A DNA stretch of 64,000 bases from a virus. Under the pieces are notes generated by a model. The model searched no databases. It saw only the letters and a program-made list of their open reading frames with translations, and had not been told where the DNA came from. The stretch lies in IMG/VR virus record IMGVR_UViG_3300046535_001092, positions 33,164 to 97,163 of that record, one strand, 5' to 3'. A program made the translations under genes and the position numbers. How positions within the stretch are numbered: the stretch's first letter is position 1; every line of letters starts with the position of its first letter. Below, in pieces: positions 26,571-34,152 of this stretch.

Positions 26571-26905
26571 AGATTGCATTCAGTTCTGCACCGTTCGGTA
26601 AGGTTGGAAGTGATGACTTTAAACAGGTAGGGGAGCTTATTGCTCAGCCTAATGGCTACTCGATTCTTAAGTGGGGTCCAACCACAGGGAATGGACAGTC
26701 TCCCATCAACCCAGGCACCATCTTAGGAATCAATCCTGAGGGGGTATATTCGGCAGGGGATGCCTCCCTTATTGGTAATGGGCAGCAGTTCAAGCTTGTG
26801 AGCGGCTCACTTGTTATTAGGCCTAATATTAACATTAATGATGGGTCTATTCTTATTCCTGGGGCACCTACGGTAGCGTATGTGATTGCCGCTAGGGAGC
26901 TATAA
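26567..26905 (+). CDS. small beta-rich protein, paralog 1
   Basis: Shares FSSxPFGKxGSDDFKQVG...YVIAAR with the next ORF. Confidence 0.75.
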   Translation: MKIAFSSAPFGKVGSDDFKQVGELIAQPNGYSILKWGPTTGNGQSPINPGTILGINPEGVYSAGDASLIGNGQQFKLVSGSLVIRPNININDGSILIPGAPTVAYVIAAREL

Positions 26906-27210
26906 TGAAGCTCCTCTTTAGTTCAGTGCCATTTGGTAAGGCCGGGAGCGATGATTTCAAACAAGTAGGGGATACTCAGCCTAATGGAACAGTGCAGTGG
27001 GGACCTACTGATGCGAATGGCAGGGTACCTAATAACCCCCAAACGGTGTTAAGTGTCCAGCCTGATGGGGCTTATCAGACGAGACCACTAGGGTCTAATG
27101 GCCCATTTGAGGTCATGAAGTTTACCGGCTCTGAGTTGATTGTTAGACCTAATACAGGGGACTTTGGTGGCCCCACCACTGGGTATGTGATTGCAGCGAG
27201 GACATTATGA
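26905..27210 (+). CDS. small beta-rich protein, paralog 2
   Basis: As above; LSVQPDG..R..GPFE. Confidence 0.75.
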   Translation: MKLLFSSVPFGKAGSDDFKQVGDTQPNGTVQWGPTDANGRVPNNPQTVLSVQPDGAYQTRPLGSNGPFEVMKFTGSELIVRPNTGDFGGPTTGYVIAARTL

Positions 27211-28361
27211 GTAATAGTTTGATTCTTCTATCAGGGGGTAGTGGGGGAGGGGGTGGAAATGCAGGTCAAAAGGGTAGGATCTGGATTGATAACCTAGTCT
27301 TCAGGGATGCCTCAGGAGCCATTTGGCCTTGGAGAGGGGTAACAGCCTTTACCCTCTATTTGAAGTGGCTACAGGGCAGGGAAGGGGCTGTAGACCCCCT
27401 CCTAAGCAACTGGCTAGCCAACTGTCCAGGTCTCAACGTGGTTAGGGTCCTAGGGATGGTCAATAGCTTCGCACACCTCCATCCTCAGGAGTGGCCTGAC
27501 TACTACTCCCAACTTAAGCCCTTCGCCGACCACCTACTCAATGTGTGGGGGATCCGGGTGGAGTTCGTTATCTTTGCAGATAGCGGGGATATCATGCCAG
27601 ATCCTAACCAGCAGAATGTTCATGCCTCCATTATAGTAGATACCCTAAGTGGGTGTGAGAATGTCTTCATCGAGGTTGCTAACGAGCCTTCACAGCATAC
27701 TAACCTGGATGGTGGGGATGCTAGAGCCTTTGATATCTACTATAGTATTAGAAGTAGAGGGTTGCTGGTGGCTACAGGGGCTGGAGATGGAGATTATCCT
27801 GGTGACTATATCACTGTCCATACTCCTAGAGATGATCAGTGGCCTAGAAAGGCTAAGGATCTCCTAGATGTCAGAGACATTACTCATAGTCCATGTGTGG
27901 GGGATGAGCCTATGGGCTGTGCAGAGGTCTTCATTGATGGTAAGAGAGACACCAACCCACGCAACTTTGCTGATTATGCCGCTACTGCTCAGTTAGAGGG
28001 AGCAGGAGCCACCTTCCACTCAGACGCAGGGATCAATGGGGAAGTCTTTGGACCTGTGACGGCTGCATGCGCTAAGGCATGGTTCGCAGCGGCTGCCTGG
28101 GTACCACCTCAGGCTCAGCTGGAGCAGTTCCTACGTGGACAGGTCAACACCCCATGTATGTGGACTCATGCCCCAGGAGATGAACCTGGACCCTGCCAGC
28201 ACGATGATAGTATCGAGATTAGAAGCTATGGTAAGATCATCGGGAGTGAGTGCTGGGTTACTCAGGTTCAGACCCAGAGAGCTAGTCCTACCGTATGTGG
28301 TGGGTGGGCTATTGATAGTGTTGGACCCTCAACTGGTCTGACTAAGTTTAGGAGAGTTTGA
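27207..28361 (+). CDS. clan GH-A (GH5-like) glycoside hydrolase
   Basis: FRD..G..W.WRG, NVVRV, EVANEP (acid/base), H..R, GDEP, TFHS. Confidence 0.6.
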   Translation: MSNSLILLSGGSGGGGGNAGQKGRIWIDNLVFRDASGAIWPWRGVTAFTLYLKWLQGREGAVDPLLSNWLANCPGLNVVRVLGMVNSFAHLHPQEWPDYYSQLKPFADHLLNVWGIRVEFVIFADSGDIMPDPNQQNVHASIIVDTLSGCENVFIEVANEPSQHTNLDGGDARAFDIYYSIRSRGLLVATGAGDGDYPGDYITVHTPRDDQWPRKAKDLLDVRDITHSPCVGDEPMGCAEVFIDGKRDTNPRNFADYAATAQLEGAGATFHSDAGINGEVFGPVTAACAKAWFAAAAWVPPQAQLEQFLRGQVNTPCMWTHAPGDEPGPCQHDDSIEIRSYGKIIGSECWVTQVQTQRASPTVCGGWAIDSVGPSTGLTKFRRV

Positions 28362-28774
28362 TGAAAATATATATTGCAGGGCCTTGGGTCCAGAAAGAGG
28401 ACATTGCTAAGATTGCTTTACAGGTTGAAGCCGAAGGCCATAAGATTACCCATAAGTGGTGGGAAGTAGAGAATGGTGAAGAGTTAGAGGCTAATAGAGA
28501 GCCTGCAGAGCTAAGAAGGCAGGGACAGCTAGACCTAGCAGGTGTAATGAATGCTGATACTGTTCTGCTAATTAATAGTATGAAGAGTGAGGGTAAGGCT
28601 GTTGAACAGGGTATTGCCTTAGGGCAGGATATACCTATCATTGCTGTGGGTAAGAGAGGGGAACACTCTAATAACGTATTTCATTACCTACCTAACTATA
28701 GATGGGTTGATGATGTTGAACATGCCATTGAAGAACTTCAGTGGATTGATGCTGTAAAGGGGATGAATGTCTAA
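28361..28774 (+). CDS. second nucleoside 2-deoxyribosyltransferase-like protein
   Basis: KIYIAGP, DL.GV.NAD, GKAVEQGIA, NVFH. Confidence 0.8.
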   Translation: MKIYIAGPWVQKEDIAKIALQVEAEGHKITHKWWEVENGEELEANREPAELRRQGQLDLAGVMNADTVLLINSMKSEGKAVEQGIALGQDIPIIAVGKRGEHSNNVFHYLPNYRWVDDVEHAIEELQWIDAVKGMNV

Positions 28775-29087
28775 GGATCTATTAGCTAAACATTATGACG
28801 AAGTCGTGAGTAAGACCTGGAACTATGCACATAGATGTGAGACCGAGAGGGACCATACTACTAATGCAGTCCTAGGGTTGGTGGGTGAGGCTGGTGAGGT
28901 AGCTGATGCCCATAAGAAGCTATGGTTCCATGCCCCCAAGGATAGATTACATGATATCAAGCTAGAGTTAGGGGATGTTCTCTACTATCAGTCCAAGCTC
29001 CATAATATTTATGGGGTGACTATGGAGGAGTTGCTGGCTATGAACAAGGCTAAGTTGTTTGAGCGATATGAGGTTATTTCCATTTGA
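28767..29087 (+). CDS. MazG-like nucleotide pyrophosphohydrolase
   Basis: LGLVGEAGEV..KK, ELGDVLYY, N.AKL..RY. Confidence 0.88.
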   Translation: MSKDLLAKHYDEVVSKTWNYAHRCETERDHTTNAVLGLVGEAGEVADAHKKLWFHAPKDRLHDIKLELGDVLYYQSKLHNIYGVTMEELLAMNKAKLFERYEVISI

Positions 29088-29103
29088 AGGTAGGAGGATG
29101 TCG

Positions 29104-29592
29104 ATGGCGTACACACAGGATCTAGAGAGAATCACTAACCCCAAGCAAGATGAGACCTCCAAACCTTCCAACCCTAAGGACATCATAGGGAGTGATAAGC
29201 TCCCTTTACACCTTTGGCCGGAGACAGCTACCGCGATGGGCTGCCTCGGCCTTTTGGATGGGATGCTCAAGTATGGCAGGAACAACTGGAGAGCCGTGGG
29301 AGTCAGGCCATCTATCTATGTAGATGCTTTGAAGAGACATGTGAATGCGTGGTTCGACGAGGGGGAGGAGATGGACCCAGACTCTGGCCTACCTCACTTA
29401 GCGCATGCACTAGCCTGCCTAGCAATCATCGTAGACTCCCAAGCTACAGGTAATATGAATGATGATAGGATGATTAGGGGAGGCTACCGAAGGTTGGTGA
29501 ACACCCTCACCCCTCATGTTAAGCGCCTAAAGGATCTACATAAGGACAAGAGTCCATATCACTATAGTATTAAGGATAACAAAGATGTTTGA
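29104..29592 (+). CDS. dATP/dGTP diphosphohydrolase-domain protein (DUF5664-type)
   Basis: NPKD..G..KLPL.L.P, G..KYGR.NWR, Y.DA..RH, DPDSGLPHLAHA.ACL. Confidence 0.85.
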   Translation: MAYTQDLERITNPKQDETSKPSNPKDIIGSDKLPLHLWPETATAMGCLGLLDGMLKYGRNNWRAVGVRPSIYVDALKRHVNAWFDEGEEMDPDSGLPHLAHALACLAIIVDSQATGNMNDDRMIRGGYRRLVNTLTPHVKRLKDLHKDKSPYHYSIKDNKDV

Positions 29593-29971
29593 AATCGTAC
29601 GAGTCGGTGACTATGTATTTAGAATTGACCTAAGATCTGGTCAGACTTGGAAGCTTATGGGATACGGTCTAGAGGCTCCAGTTTGGGTAGAGGTAAAGGA
29701 AAAAGGATGAGCGATGACAAAGGTATCCGAGACCACCTAAAGGATCTCACAGATAGAATTAGAGAGACAGATCTACTGGAGCGTATTAAGAAGTTGGAGA
29801 GAAAGAAATGACTGATGAACAGCTGTTAGAGGTAGTAGAGGCCATCGAGGAGAGACTCGATAGGCTAGAGTACAAAGTGTTTATGCGCCTATGGGATAGT
29901 CCTAAGCGTGTAAGGGAGGACCTAGAGAAGATTAAGAAGATCCAATCTAGGGTTAAGAAAGTCAGTAGATA

Positions 29972-30017
29972 ATAAAAAAGGCCCCAACCAAGTTAATGGA
30001 AGGGGCCTTTAGTTTTT
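29972..30017. terminator. bidirectional terminator at the convergence of the two arms
   Basis: AAAAAAGGCCCC...GGGGCCTTT with A and T tracts on both sides. Confidence 0.85.
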
Positions 30018-30033
30018 GTAGGGTGCGTCTAGG

Positions 30034-30705
30034 TTACTTACGCTCGGTGATGAACTTGATTAGGGTGTCCTGGGGGATTCCTGCAGACATCGAGCAGAAC
30101 CCTTGATACTCAATAGGCACACCGAAGGGGTTACTGATTCTGCAGAACCCTCCAGTAATCATACCCACCAACTCACCTCTCTGATTAAGAACAGGTGCCC
30201 CACTATTTCCATTAGCAGATGCGAGGTTAAGGATCATGCGACCTCCAGGCCAGTTGGTTGCCTGGAAGCCGATATGGGCAATAGTGCCTGGGGTAAAGAT
30301 GAGTTCGCTGAAGAATAGAGGGAAGCCTAGGACATAGACTGAGTCTCCCTGCTTAACCTTCTTATCTGCTAGCTCAAGACGAGGAGTAGACTTCCCACCC
30401 TTGAACATCGCTATGTCTTTAGGAATATTAGCTACAATAACCTGTGCTGGAACCCCACCTATCTTATAGCCGTCCATAAGGACAACTGAGGGGGCCTCCT
30501 CGGTGGTTACACAGTGTCCCGCACTCATCCAGACAATCTCTCCCTGTGATACGGTGGAGTAGGCTGTACACATAGCTTGTAGTTCGCCCATATCGTTGAA
30601 CCTCTCTAGGAGAGCAACAGACTCTGAGGGCTGTCCTGCTGAAAGATTAAGGGGCTGAAGGGCAAGGGCAATTCCAAGGAGCAGGGAGAAGAGTCTGAAC
30701 TTCAA
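30034..30705 (-). CDS. secreted trypsin-like serine protease
   Basis: Signal peptide; SAGHC, KDIA and GNSGAPV catalytic-triad motifs. Confidence 0.9.
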   Translation of the reverse strand: MKFRLFSLLLGIALALQPLNLSAGQPSESVALLERFNDMGELQAMCTAYSTVSQGEIVWMSAGHCVTTEEAPSVVLMDGYKIGGVPAQVIVANIPKDIAMFKGGKSTPRLELADKKVKQGDSVYVLGFPLFFSELIFTPGTIAHIGFQATNWPGGRMILNLASANGNSGAPVLNQRGELVGMITGGFCRISNPFGVPIEYQGFCSMSAGIPQDTLIKFITERK

Positions 30706-30727
30706 GGGGGCCTCCTTTCAGGAGGTG

Positions 30728-31045
30728 TCAACTGGCTGGGGGAACGCTTGTCGAGGGGGATCGCTTCTTTCTGGGCTTAGTTAGATTGAATGGGGTAACG
30801 GACTTAATCATAGCCCGAGGAATGAAGGTACGGCCACGGAAGACATCATGGCCGTCCTGAGTTGATCGTTCATTAGCTACGCTTACCCCTATTGCATCCT
30901 CTTGGATAAGCCAGCCCATTGTTTCTACCGGCATAGGCTCATGGGTAGAGATGATTCCATGAGCGGTTGTGAAGTTCTCCTGATCCTGCCAAGCATCATC
31001 CCAAATCACGACTACGAACTGTCGCTTGACTGTTGGAGAGGTCAT
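30728..31045 (-). CDS. conserved phage protein
   Basis: V.W.DA..T.GWL..IPR.MI pattern. Confidence 0.7.
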   Translation of the reverse strand: MTSPTVKRQFVVVIWDDAWQDQENFTTAHGIISTHEPMPVETMGWLIQEDAIGVSVANERSTQDGHDVFRGRTFIPRAMIKSVTPFNLTKPRKKRSPSTSVPPAS

Positions 31046-31815
31046 TAGAGCACCCGAGTTGTGGTAGCTGCAGTCTCAGGCTTAACTGTTCTGAACCATC
31101 CCCCACACCCCTGGCACTGGAAGCGTTGGTAGATCCTAGAGATAGCCTTATGCACCCCTCTAGACTGGACCTTCTTCGAGCCGCATCTCGGGCATCCTTC
31201 GGTCTGACCGAACAGCTGTCTATTGATATGGTTCTGGCAGAAGGGCTGGAGCTTCTGGAATACCTTCTTTAGAAGTACCACATCTTGTTTGTTATATGTG
31301 ACCATCTCCTTGATGGCCTTAGGGTCACCTTTCAAGGCTCCTAACCATAGACCCTTAGTTGTTTGGATCTTCCTGCCTAGTCCTAGGTAGTGACCTAGAT
31401 AGTCTAACTTATTTGAGTTAAACTTGAAGCGATTCTTAGCAATCTTATACGTGTCTATGGAGGGGATAACAGGTAGAGGTGAGAGTCCATGGAACAGCAT
31501 GCGGGTTTCAACATACTTGGTATCGAAGCTATCACCGTTGTGAGCCACGAGACAATCGGCTGAGGATAGAACTTCATGTAACTTCTCACATACTCCCTTA
31601 TCGTTATGTGGATCTTTCTTAAACATGCTAGGGAAGTCTAGTAGGGAGACTGAGTGTACCTTCTCCTCACCTTCCCACTGCCATGCTGCTGAGATTAGAT
31701 GTCTCTCCTGATAGATATTGGAGGGATCAATGAAATCGTTATATTTAAGGTCGAAGACCGATACTAGTTCTAACGAAGTCTCGATATCCCAATACAATAC
31801 TCTAGGTTTTGCCAT
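31045..31815 (-). CDS. RNase H-like (DEDD) 3'-5' exonuclease with C-terminal Zn ribbon
   Basis: DIET, AHNGDSFD, IDT, SNKLD, YNKQDV, CPRCGS..CQGCG. Confidence 0.88.
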   Translation of the reverse strand: MAKPRVLYWDIETSLELVSVFDLKYNDFIDPSNIYQERHLISAAWQWEGEEKVHSVSLLDFPSMFKKDPHNDKGVCEKLHEVLSSADCLVAHNGDSFDTKYVETRMLFHGLSPLPVIPSIDTYKIAKNRFKFNSNKLDYLGHYLGLGRKIQTTKGLWLGALKGDPKAIKEMVTYNKQDVVLLKKVFQKLQPFCQNHINRQLFGQTEGCPRCGSKKVQSRGVHKAISRIYQRFQCQGCGGWFRTVKPETAATTTRVL

Positions 31816-31847
31816 TCAAACTCCTTAAAATTGGTGCAAACTCCCCG

Positions 31848-31876
31848 ATTCTACCACAGCTGCGCAGCTGGGTCAA
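31848..31876 (-). promoter_or_regulatory. sigma70-type promoter TTGACC-17-(TG)TAGAAT with a 14-bp palindrome in the spacer
   Basis: Spacer contains CAGCTGCGCAGCTG (31857-31870). Confidence 0.7.
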
Positions 31877-32097
31877 GCTTCCTCGTCGGTCTCCAGGCTC
31901 ATCGTCAGGTTACCCCCATCCAATGTCCCACGTAGTCGTATGGTGCCCATAAAGAATGACCTGGAAAAGGGGATAAACTCGGTATAGACCTCTAAGGCCC
32001 ATATGAGTTCGGTCTCGTCTCTCGACCAGACCTTAGAGCATGCATGTTTAGAACACTCTCTGTCCTCGCTCCAGTACCAATCTTTAGTCATGTCCAT
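31873..32097 (-). CDS. hypothetical protein
   Basis: ORF track. Confidence 0.4.
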   Translation of the reverse strand: MDMTKDWYWSEDRECSKHACSKVWSRDETELIWALEVYTEFIPFSRSFFMGTIRLRGTLDGGNLTMSLETDEEA

Positions 32098-32208
32098 ACC
32101 TACGTCATCAATGGAACTTATCCGTATTATACTTAGCTTCTCCCCATATTAACCATATATAAAGTAGGAAGATTATGATACCTGCACCTATAAATATACC
32201 TGCTAACA

Positions 32209-32559
32209 TTATCGTGTAATTCCTAATCTCTTGAGAGTCTCAATTAGCTTGAGAGCACGAGAGGGATCTTCTACAGGCTTCTGACCTGAGCCTTGTGGAG
32301 GGAGATTGATATCTCCTCTCATCATTCCTGCTGCACTCGTCATAGGGTTGTTCTTAGGGTCTACGAGGCGTGGGTCGATGAGGGGGGTCTGACCTGGGAG
32401 TCCCTGCCTGTCTATTTTCCTCTGTCCTTGTCCCCACTGGTCAGGTGTAATGTCTGTAGTGACTTGAGGAGAAGCATCCTGGTTACCTGATAGGTTTCTA
32501 ATATTCCTTATTAGGACATTGATGAGGGGTTCATGAGGCGGCTGTACATTACTTGGCAT
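32209..32559 (-). CDS. putative internal virion protein (P/Q-rich)
   Basis: Position and composition. Confidence 0.6.
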   Translation of the reverse strand: MPSNVQPPHEPLINVLIRNIRNLSGNQDASPQVTTDITPDQWGQGQRKIDRQGLPGQTPLIDPRLVDPKNNPMTSAAGMMRGDINLPPQGSGQKPVEDPSRALKLIETLKRLGITR

Positions 32560-33184
32560 TTTGTTTCCTAGAGGCTAAGAGTTGAAGCATGATCTCACGG
32601 GCATTGGGAGGGAGTTGGTTAGGGATACCAAAGGTTCTATGTCTAGCTATCTGTCCAGCTTCTTCAGGGGTCTTCTCATCTCCATAGCCAGCAGCGTGTG
32701 CGGCTTCATGTACCACAGTGGGGAGGAGTTCTCCTGGGTTTGTTCCTACATGGTCAAGAGGTAGGTCTGAGGGGTGACCTTGTGCAGATATGCGAGGATT
32801 AAGGCTGATACTAGAGGGCCATAGACCAAACTTAGTTGTACCTAGGAGGTTGAGCTTGGGGAAATCCTCAGGCTTCCACTTAGTATTATTCTCCTCATTA
32901 GACCTATCTATGTAGTGCATAGCATCGTCTGTGGGGCCATACTGGACCTTACCAATCATCCCTTGGAGTGATGGAGCAAACCTTAGAAGCTGTTGGATGA
33001 TCCTAGAGGCATCTGCTCCATTGACTGTGGGGAGAGGCTGGAAGTTGGAGGCATTAGGGACAAGGGCATGATCTTCCCCACCTGGCATAGTGACGGTGTT
33101 TATGCGGGGCAAAGCCAGTTTCTGCTTACCTGTGGGTTCGTCTAGGATCTCTAATAGACGTTGAGTGTTAGGACCTTGGGGCAT
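32549..33184 (-). CDS. HExxH zincin metallopeptidase-like protein (probably virion-associated)
   Basis: LLGTT..I.LNP..TVVHEAAHAAG...E. Confidence 0.65.
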   Translation of the reverse strand: MPQGPNTQRLLEILDEPTGKQKLALPRINTVTMPGGEDHALVPNASNFQPLPTVNGADASRIIQQLLRFAPSLQGMIGKVQYGPTDDAMHYIDRSNEENNTKWKPEDFPKLNLLGTTKFGLWPSSISLNPRISAQGHPSDLPLDHVGTNPGELLPTVVHEAAHAAGYGDEKTPEEAGQIARHRTFGIPNQLPPNAREIMLQLLASRKQNAK

Positions 33185-33243
33185 CTTTACCTTGGAATCT
33201 TTAGAAGTTTAAGGGCATTAGTCCAGTTAGACTCGCCCTCCAC

Positions 33244-34152
33244 CTATCTACCTTGTCCTTGCATCATCTTCAAGATAGCCTGAGAGATAATCTGGTTCTG
33301 ATCTGGTGGGATCCTATTGACTAGGTCATTGATCTGTGGCTGAGGAGGAGTCCCCCTCTGGACTAGATCATCTAACATGTTAGGCTTACTAGGATCATGT
33401 AAGGGCATGGGTGGGATAGACTGAGGCCCATTGAATGTAGATGGGTCTCTATTGACTAGGTCATCCATCCCTGGAGGCATAGCAGCTGATGGTGGATTGC
33501 CTAGGTCAGGAAGTCCCTGTCCTGGTGCTGGGGGCATCTGGAAGTCTGTACCTCTACCACTAAACCCTCCGGTGCCTGGACCGTCCATAGCGAGAGGGGG
33601 CTTCTCAGGAATCATGATAGGCTTGAGGACCTTCTCTAGGAATCCAGCATGCTTATCTAGGGACTTGTGGTGAGCATCTTTAGTGTCTAGATAGCGTTGT
33701 AGGAGTTGCTGTTGGAGATTCTCTGGAGTCATATCCCCAGCGGTGGGGGTAGCTCCATGAGAGGGCATGGGGGCTATGGGCTGTGTGAGGTGGTCATCGA
33801 CAGGGTGGGAGATAGCCATACCGTCTGGGGCTTGTGGGATTGGAGGTGTCATAGTTGTTGGCATCCATTGGCCCCCATCGAAGGGACCGAGTGAGTATTT
33901 ACTTTCGTGGGAGAAGGTTGGGTGACCGTGCTGCTTATAGGTGTCTACGAAGTGTCTACCTGCAGATTGAGGCACAATGAGACCGTTCGTGTCCTTGAAT
34001 AGTCCACGATAGTCGTAGTAGGAGTCAGGCTCATCTGCATCATGTATGCCTGAGGCCTTAAGCCACTGTTGGTAGTGGAGTTCCTCTATAGGTGAGAGGT
34101 GGGTGACTTCGGGGTTATTGTTCGGGTTGGGTGGAGGGAGGGGTTTGGGCAT
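33244..34152 (-). CDS. putative internal virion protein with conserved N-terminal domain (YDYRG..H..D.YK..HPTFS.ES)
   Basis: Motif recurrent in phage virion proteins, followed by a Pro-rich tail. Confidence 0.65.
   Translation of the reverse strand: MPKPLPPPNPNNNPEVTHLSPIEELHYQQWLKASGIHDADEPDSYYDYRGLFKDTNGLIVPQSAGRHFVDTYKQHGHPTFSHESKYSLGPFDGGQWMPTTMTPPIPQAPDGMAISHPVDDHLTQPIAPMPSHGATPTAGDMTPENLQQQLLQRYLDTKDAHHKSLDKHAGFLEKVLKPIMIPEKPPLAMDGPGTGGFSGRGTDFQMPPAPGQGLPDLGNPPSAAMPPGMDDLVNRDPSTFNGPQSIPPMPLHDPSKPNMLDDLVQRGTPPQPQINDLVNRIPPDQNQIISQAILKMMQGQGR

Noticed and set aside
17139-28361. Host assignment to Acidobacteriota from the style of the matrixin and GH-like proteins
   Set aside because: Based only on recall of similar proteins; needs database searches. 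Only a diderm host is reasonably implied
25782-29592. Z-genome (2-aminoadenine) pathway
   Set aside because: A DUF5664-type hydrolase is present, but there is no PurZ in the window, and an N6-adenine methylase is encoded
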